A stretch of 64,000 nt of DNA, taken from the NCBI GenBank assembly GCA_027317865.1, contig DAHVQG010000001.1:32001-96000 (forward strand), read 5' to 3'. Position numbers and translations under genes: made by a program. The notes beneath the pieces are model-generated. The model made no database searches, had not been told where the DNA came from, and was given only the letters and a program-made list of their open reading frames with translations. The stretch comes from Bdellovibrionales bacterium. GTDB lineage: Bacteria; Bdellovibrionota; Bdellovibrionia; Bdellovibrionales; UBA1609. Below, piece by piece: positions 58,399 to 64,000 of this stretch (its first letter is position 1; every line of letters begins with the position of its first letter).

Positions 58399-60512
58399 TG
58401 TCTGATGCCCTCTATCTGTTTTTGCGAAAATTCGAACGGATAACCAAAAATACCGATCTGTTCATGGCCGTCGGTCTTGTCGCCATTATGGGCGTCATGC
58501 TAATCCCGATACCGCCGTTTGTGCTCGACATTCTTTTGACAATGTCAATAACCCTTTCAATGCTTATTTTGCTCGTCGCCCTGTATACGCAAAAACCATT
58601 GGATTTTAGCGTGTTCCCGAGTTTACTTTTGGTTGCCACCCTTTTTCGTTTATCATTGAATATCGCTTCGACACGTCTGATTTTGACCGTGGGCAATAAC
58701 GGCCCGCAGGCTGTTGGGCGAGTGATTTCGTCGTTTGGCCAGTTTGTCGTCGGGGATAACTATGTAATCGGATTTGTCGTATTTATAATTCTTGTTGTAA
58801 TTAACTTTGTCGTCATCACCAAAGGTTCGGGACGCGTTGCCGAGGTTGCGGCGCGGTTTACGTTAGATGCCATGCCCGGCAAACAAATGTCGATTGACGC
58901 CGACTTAAACGCGGGCCTCATCAATGAAAAAGAAGCGCGCGCCAGACGCCGCGAAATTGAAATGGAAGCCGACTTTTACGGCTCCATGGATGGTGCCAGC
59001 AAATTTGTTCGTGGCGACGCCATCGCCGGTATTATCATCACTATAATTAATATCATCGGCGGCTTGTGCATCGGCATGTTTCAAAAAGATTTGTCACTGT
59101 CGACGGCTGCCCATTATTACACCACCATGACGATCGGGGATGGTCTTGTGTCGCAGATTCCGGCGCTGATTGTTTCAACGGCTGCCGGTATAGTCGTCAC
59201 GCGAAATTCCAGCGAAAACGACATGAGCCAGGATCTCGCCCGTCAATTGTTTACTCGTTGGAAGGCCGTCGCCATCGCCGCAGGCGTACTTGTCGTTTTG
59301 GGTCTTGTACCGGGTCTACCGACGTTGCCGTTTTTCTTTATAGCGGCGGTTCTTGGAGTGGTGGCATGGGTGGTTCACCGTTATGAGCAAGATGAAGAAG
59401 CAAACAAGAAAAAGGCCGCTGATGCCGAATCGGCCAAGCCGAAAAAAGAAAACATCGAAAGTCTTTTGCCTCTTGATTTGATTGAGCTTGAAGTGGGTTA
59501 CGCTTTGATCAACGTTGTGGAATCTAACCAATCCGGCGATCTTCTCGAGCGGATTGTGAGTATACGAAAACAATTTGCACTTGAGTTCGGAATCGTTGTG
59601 CCGAGCATTCATATACGCGACAATTTGCAGCTCAATCCGGGCGAATATCGCCTACTAATTAAAGGCAATAAAGTCGCGGGCGGCATGCTTCGCGCCGATT
59701 GTCTTCTGGCCATGGACCCTGGCAGTGTGACGTCACATATCGACGGCATTCCAACCAAAGAACCGGCGTTTGGTCTCGACGCCATTTGGATTGGTAAAGC
59801 GATGAAAGAAGAAGCGGAACTTGCCGGTTACACCGTGGTTGACTTGCCGACGGTGATGGCGACGCACATTACAGAAGTTATTCGGACCCACGCCGCTGAG
59901 TTGTTCGGCCGTCAAGAGGCTGATGCTTTAGTTGAAAATTTGAAAAAGCAATATCCGAAAATTGTTGAAGATCTCATCCCCAATATTTTGCCTTTGGGGA
60001 CGGTCGTGCGTGTGCTGCAAAGTTTGCTTCGTGAGCAAGTTTCGATACGCGATTTACGAACCATATTTGAAACTCTGTCGGATGAAGGAGCAAAATCGAA
60101 AGACCCCGAAATTTTGACCGAGCAAGTACGTAGGTCATTGGCGCGGGCGATTACTAGAAAGTACATTTCAGATGACGGCCAAATTCAGGTGATCACCTTG
60201 GGTCGGCATCTTGAAGAGCTGGTTGCCAATTCGCTTTTGCAAACGGAACAGGGTGTGCAGCTTGTTATGGATCCCCATAGTGCGCAGGAAATGATTGAGC
60301 GTATTGCGCAAACAATCGAGTCACATCCTGAAATTGCCGGTCAACCGATCTTACTTACGAGCCCGACGGCGAGACGGCATATTTACAAGCTGACGTCCCG
60401 ATTTATACCCCAGTTGATTGTGCTTGCGCATACGGAATTGACACCCGACGTACACATATCTTCGGTCGGTCAAGTGGATTTGCGGCAAGGTCAAGCTGAG
60501 GTGAGCGCTTAA
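58398..60512 (+). CDS. flhA: flagellar export protein FlhA
   Basis: FHIPEP motif RVAEVAARFTLDAMPGKQMSIDADL, FYGSMDGASKFVRGDA, GDGLVSQIPAL. Confidence 0.98.
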   Translation: MSDALYLFLRKFERITKNTDLFMAVGLVAIMGVMLIPIPPFVLDILLTMSITLSMLILLVALYTQKPLDFSVFPSLLLVATLFRLSLNIASTRLILTVGNNGPQAVGRVISSFGQFVVGDNYVIGFVVFIILVVINFVVITKGSGRVAEVAARFTLDAMPGKQMSIDADLNAGLINEKEARARRREIEMEADFYGSMDGASKFVRGDAIAGIIITIINIIGGLCIGMFQKDLSLSTAAHYYTTMTIGDGLVSQIPALIVSTAAGIVVTRNSSENDMSQDLARQLFTRWKAVAIAAGVLVVLGLVPGLPTLPFFFIAAVLGVVAWVVHRYEQDEEANKKKAADAESAKPKKENIESLLPLDLIELEVGYALINVVESNQSGDLLERIVSIRKQFALEFGIVVPSIHIRDNLQLNPGEYRLLIKGNKVAGGMLRADCLLAMDPGSVTSHIDGIPTKEPAFGLDAIWIGKAMKEEAELAGYTVVDLPTVMATHITEVIRTHAAELFGRQEADALVENLKKQYPKIVEDLIPNILPLGTVVRVLQSLLREQVSIRDLRTIFETLSDEGAKSKDPEILTEQVRRSLARAITRKYISDDGQIQVITLGRHLEELVANSLLQTEQGVQLVMDPHSAQEMIERIAQTIESHPEIAGQPILLTSPTARRHIYKLTSRFIPQLIVLAHTELTPDVHISSVGQVDLRQGQAEVSA

Positions 60513-60530
60513 AAGTGCGAGGTAAAGACG

Positions 60531-62006
60531 ATGGTAGTTAAAAAATTTGAAGCGAAGTCAATCAAAGAGGCGATTCATCTTGTGAAGTTTCACATGGGGC
60601 CCGAGGCAATAATTTTATCGGCAAAAGAAAATGTAAAACGGTTCGGTCTTATGGGCGAAACAAGCGTTGAGGTGACCGCGGCTGTTTCAGAAAATAAATT
60701 GCAAAGCAAAAAGCAAGCCGAGCGAAAACTCGGAGCCCGTGATCGTGAGCGATTTAACAAAGCAAGCGCTCACAAGCAGCGGGAGTTTATCAAAAAATCA
60801 ACCGAAGCTATGATCGACGAGGTGTTCAGCCGCAATTCTGAAAGCGAATCGGAGTGGGTGGACGAAAACGCTGTTGACGATGAAATCAAAGCTCAGTCCG
60901 AGCCGGAACCGGAAGTCATTCGGCAACCGCAAATACCACGCCAAAATGGAATTACGTCTGTTCGTTATGCCGATATCGATACTCCGGCCGGTGCCGTCTT
61001 AGCGCCAACAATTTCTGCTGCGCAACCCCCCGTTGTCGCGCCGTCGACTGTCATAGCGGCGCCATCGACTCTGCCAGATGCCAAAGCGCTATCGCTTCAA
61101 CAAGAGGTTCAATATTTGCGCGGTCTAGTGTCCAATTTTCAAAAAATGCCTGCAGGTTTTGTTTCGCTTCATCCAGGCGCTGACGAGGGGTTGCCCTACG
61201 AACTCAGTTTTGCATTTAAACGCCTGGCCGACGCCGGCATCGCGCACGACAATATTGTTAAGATACTCAAAGTTGCCAACGAAAAACTCCCAAAGGAGCA
61301 AAAGCAGAAAAAAGCTTTCGTAGACGGGTGGGTCATTCGCTATTTACTTGATGAACTGCAAATTGCCGACAAACCCATGCGCGCTAAATTTCACGCATTT
61401 TTGGGCCCGACTGGTCAGGGTAAAACTTCAACTGTAATAAAGCTCGCGTGTCACTTGATTATGAATGAAAAGAAACGAGTCGCGCTTGTCACCGGCGACG
61501 TCGTGAAAGTGGGCGCAACCGATCAATTTAAAATTTACGCGCAAATTCTCAATGCTCCTTATGCGGTGGTGACTAAAACTAGTGATTGGAACACGCTCGC
61601 TCCACAATTGGCCGCAATTGATTATGTATTGTTTGATACGCCCGGGCTCAACTTAAAAGCGGGTAACGATCTCGAAGTGTTGAGGCAGATTTTACCGCCT
61701 GGACTTACGAAAAATCCTGAGGATTTTCAAACTCATTTTGTTCAATCGATCATGGCGCGTGACACGGATGCATTCGAGATCGCCGAACGATTTAAGTTTG
61801 TCGGATTTCAAGATGTAATTTTCACGCGTCTTGATGAGGCCGTGCAGTTCGGTCTGATCTACAATTTTCAAAAGAAATTCGGATCACCGCTTCATTCATT
61901 TGGTATCGGCAACAATGTACCCGAAGATTTTGAATTCGCATCGAAAGAACGGGTTATCGATTTGTTATTTAAATTAAGTCAATTTGCAGAGAGGGGTCAG
62001 TCATGA
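60531..62006 (+). CDS. flhF: flagellar biosynthesis GTPase FlhF
   Basis: N-terminal KKFEAKSIKEA..GPEAIILS..VEVTAA, GPTGQGKT, DTPG, TRLDE, GNNVPED. Confidence 0.9.
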   Translation: MVVKKFEAKSIKEAIHLVKFHMGPEAIILSAKENVKRFGLMGETSVEVTAAVSENKLQSKKQAERKLGARDRERFNKASAHKQREFIKKSTEAMIDEVFSRNSESESEWVDENAVDDEIKAQSEPEPEVIRQPQIPRQNGITSVRYADIDTPAGAVLAPTISAAQPPVVAPSTVIAAPSTLPDAKALSLQQEVQYLRGLVSNFQKMPAGFVSLHPGADEGLPYELSFAFKRLADAGIAHDNIVKILKVANEKLPKEQKQKKAFVDGWVIRYLLDELQIADKPMRAKFHAFLGPTGQGKTSTVIKLACHLIMNEKKRVALVTGDVVKVGATDQFKIYAQILNAPYAVVTKTSDWNTLAPQLAAIDYVLFDTPGLNLKAGNDLEVLRQILPPGLTKNPEDFQTHFVQSIMARDTDAFEIAERFKFVGFQDVIFTRLDEAVQFGLIYNFQKKFGSPLHSFGIGNNVPEDFEFASKERVIDLLFKLSQFAERGQS

Positions 62007-62839
62007 GTGCAACGGCGGCAAACGAACCGGTCCGGACAAAAACAAAAACCATCAGCGTAACGTCCGGTAAAGGCGGCGTGGGTAAAACAACTTTAATTTC
62101 AAATTTGGCGCTGCTATTGGCAAGACAGGGCTACCGGGTGTTGGTTTTGGATGGCGATCTTGGGATGGCAAACGTCGACGTAATGTTCGGTATTCGCGTC
62201 ACTCGAACGCTCGAATCGGTTCTCAATGGTGAATGCCCTTTGCGCGACGTTATTGTCGAGGCGATTCCCAACGTTTCGCTCATCCCGGGCGGCAGTGGTG
62301 TTTACGGATTACAAAATTTGTCGGTGTTTCAGAAAAAATTGCTCCTCGATCAGGTGAATGAATTGAATGATCGATACGATTATATGTTGATCGATACGGC
62401 ACCAGGCATCGACGATAACGTTTTATATCTGAACTCGGCCGCGCAAGAGACGCTCGTTGTAGTGACCGGTGACCCGTCGAGTCTCACCGACGCTTACGCA
62501 CTGATCAAGGTGCTGAACAAAAGGCTGAACGAGCAAAAGTTTTCAATCGTTGCCAATATGGTGCAGGACGAAAGTGAAGCGCTCTCGATTTACCGACGAC
62601 TGAGCGATGTGGCCAATCGGTTTTTGTGTGTCAGTCTTGACTATAAGGGGTTTATACCAAGCGATGCGAATCTAAGAGTCGCGACAAAAACGCAACAGTT
62701 GGTGGTTCGGGCCGCGCCTCGCTCTCCGTCCAGTTACGCGATTCAAATGTTATGTGAAAACTTGAGTCATTCTAAAAGTCTATCGGCTGTTAAGGGTGGT
62801 ATGCAGTTTTTTTGGGAGCAGATCATTGGTGTAGCCTGA
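62003..62839 (+). CDS. flhG: MinD-like flagellar number regulator FlhG/FleN
   Basis: SGKGGVGKT, DGDLGMANVD, DTAPGI, SLTDAYALIK. Confidence 0.93.
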   Translation: MSATAANEPVRTKTKTISVTSGKGGVGKTTLISNLALLLARQGYRVLVLDGDLGMANVDVMFGIRVTRTLESVLNGECPLRDVIVEAIPNVSLIPGGSGVYGLQNLSVFQKKLLLDQVNELNDRYDYMLIDTAPGIDDNVLYLNSAAQETLVVVTGDPSSLTDAYALIKVLNKRLNEQKFSIVANMVQDESEALSIYRRLSDVANRFLCVSLDYKGFIPSDANLRVATKTQQLVVRAAPRSPSSYAIQMLCENLSHSKSLSAVKGGMQFFWEQIIGVA

Positions 62840-62904
62840 CAAGAATAGGACTTTTGGCGTCGACCACGGTTTGTTAGAATTTATCGTAAGGGGAAAAATC
62901 GGCA

Positions 62905-63705
62905 ATGGCCAAAAATGCATCTGCGAATGCCAGCGCGCTTTTACAAAAGTATAAAGAAAATCCGCAAAAGATTACGGCGAAGCAAAAAGATACGCTCATT
63001 ATGGAGTATGCGCCGCTCATCAAATTTATAGCACAAAAAATTGCCGTGCGTTTACCCGCCCACATTGAACTCGACGATCTTATTTCAAGTGGTGTAATCG
63101 GCCTCATGGACGCCATTGAAAAATACGATCCCAGACGGGACAATAAATTTAAAACGTATGCCGAATTTCGAATTCGAGGAGCGATACTTGACGAACTTCG
63201 TGCGCAAGACTGGGTCCCGCGATCGGTGCGCGATAAAGCCAAGATGCTCGATAAGGCAATTGTCGAGCTTGAATCACAACTCGGCCGTTCGGCTTCGGAC
63301 GACGAAGTCGCCGAGAAGCTCAACATCTCGATTGATGAATTTTATGATCTTGTGAATCAAGTACGTCCGGTAAGCGTTTTGTCGATCGACGAAGCCAATA
63401 CGTTTTCGAACGTCGATAAAATGTCGATTCTCAATTTGCTCGAAAGCTGTAAGTTGAACAATCCGCTCAATCAGCTCAAACTCAAATCGATTAAGCAAAT
63501 CGTGACGAAAGCCATTGAGGACTTACCCGAGCGGCAACGGCTAGTGTTGTCTCTGTATTATTATGAAGACATGAATCTCAAAGAAATCGGCAAGATTTTG
63601 CGAGTGACCGAAAGCCGCGTTTCACAGCTTCACGCGCAGGCCATCACCCGTCTACGCGCCAAACTCACTCAACATTTTCAAGATCAAGAATTAGAAGCGG
63701 TTTAG
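62905..63705 (+). CDS. fliA: RNA polymerase sigma28 factor FliA
   Basis: DDLISSGVIGL, FKTYAEFRIRGAILDELR..DWVPRS, LYYYEDMNLKEIG..VTESRVSQLH. Confidence 0.96.
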   Translation: MAKNASANASALLQKYKENPQKITAKQKDTLIMEYAPLIKFIAQKIAVRLPAHIELDDLISSGVIGLMDAIEKYDPRRDNKFKTYAEFRIRGAILDELRAQDWVPRSVRDKAKMLDKAIVELESQLGRSASDDEVAEKLNISIDEFYDLVNQVRPVSVLSIDEANTFSNVDKMSILNLLESCKLNNPLNQLKLKSIKQIVTKAIEDLPERQRLVLSLYYYEDMNLKEIGKILRVTESRVSQLHAQAITRLRAKLTQHFQDQELEAV

Positions 63706-64000
63706 CGGTCGTCTTGCCGCGCGCCCATTTCACCGCGAATTTTTTGAATCAGACGGGCTTCAAGTTGACGGGCCGCTTCGCGTGTGATGCCGTATTTGTC
63801 GCCGATTTGTTGAAGTGTAAGCGGCTCATCGGCGAGTAATCGATTCTCTAAAATAAATACTTCGCGGGCATTGAGTGTCGGGCGGATTTTTTCAATTTGC
63901 TCCTGAAGAAGTGAAAGCTGCTCTTGATGGCTAATGATTTCGTCTGCGGGGGCCGCACTTTCGCGCACTGTTAAATCTGCAACCGTCGTACGGCCGTCGT
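63702..64000 (-). CDS. sigma70-family factor, RpoH-like, C-terminal fragment (runs off window end)
   Basis: Region 4: LNAREVFILENRLLADEPLTLQQIGDKYGITREAARQLEARLIQKIR. Confidence 0.75.
   Translation of the reverse strand, partial: DGRTTVADLTVRESAAPADEIISHQEQLSLLQEQIEKIRPTLNAREVFILENRLLADEPLTLQQIGDKYGITREAARQLEARLIQKIRGEMGARQDDR

Noticed and set aside
380-63498. Many 60-160 aa alternative-frame and antisense ORFs in the track
   Set aside because: They lie within well-supported genes and lack RBS or motifs; treated as shadow ORFs
1-64000. CRISPR arrays, tRNA/rRNA, transposases, integrases, prophage or defence genes
   Set aside because: No regularly spaced direct repeats, cloverleafs or relevant protein motifs seen; intergenic gaps are short and mostly explained

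Overview
64 kb of core-type chromosome from a flagellated diderm bacterium. Gene content and order are most consistent with a Bdellovibrionota/deltaproteobacterial lineage (inference). It holds two large flagellar operons (TPR protein-sigma54 activator-flgBC-fliEFGHIJ-motE-like-fliK-flgD-flgE, and fliLMNOPQR-flhBAFG-fliA), an MlaFED/MCE operon, housekeeping genes (trmFO, pfkA, ggt, lgt, lspA, ileS, PBP1B, uvrD/pcrA, rpsN, suhB, partial rpoH-like sigma) and several orphan secreted proteins/lipoproteins. No rRNA, tRNA, CRISPR array or mobile element was recognised. The most interesting signal is a four-gene minus-strand unit at about 33.2-38.2 kb. A near-consensus sigma54 promoter precedes a radical SAM/SPASM maturase, then an unannotated 39-aa peptide (MKHIK...NGCPERSWV, SCIFF/CteA-like N-terminus but a single Cys), a CHASE2 sensor kinase and a sigma54-dependent response regulator. 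This maturase-peptide-kinase-regulator order parallels agrBDCA and suggests a radical-SAM RiPP autoinduction/signalling circuit (hypothesis). Matching -24/-12 motifs also precede both flagellar operons and several orphan secreted-protein genes. All calls are by eye; no database search was run.
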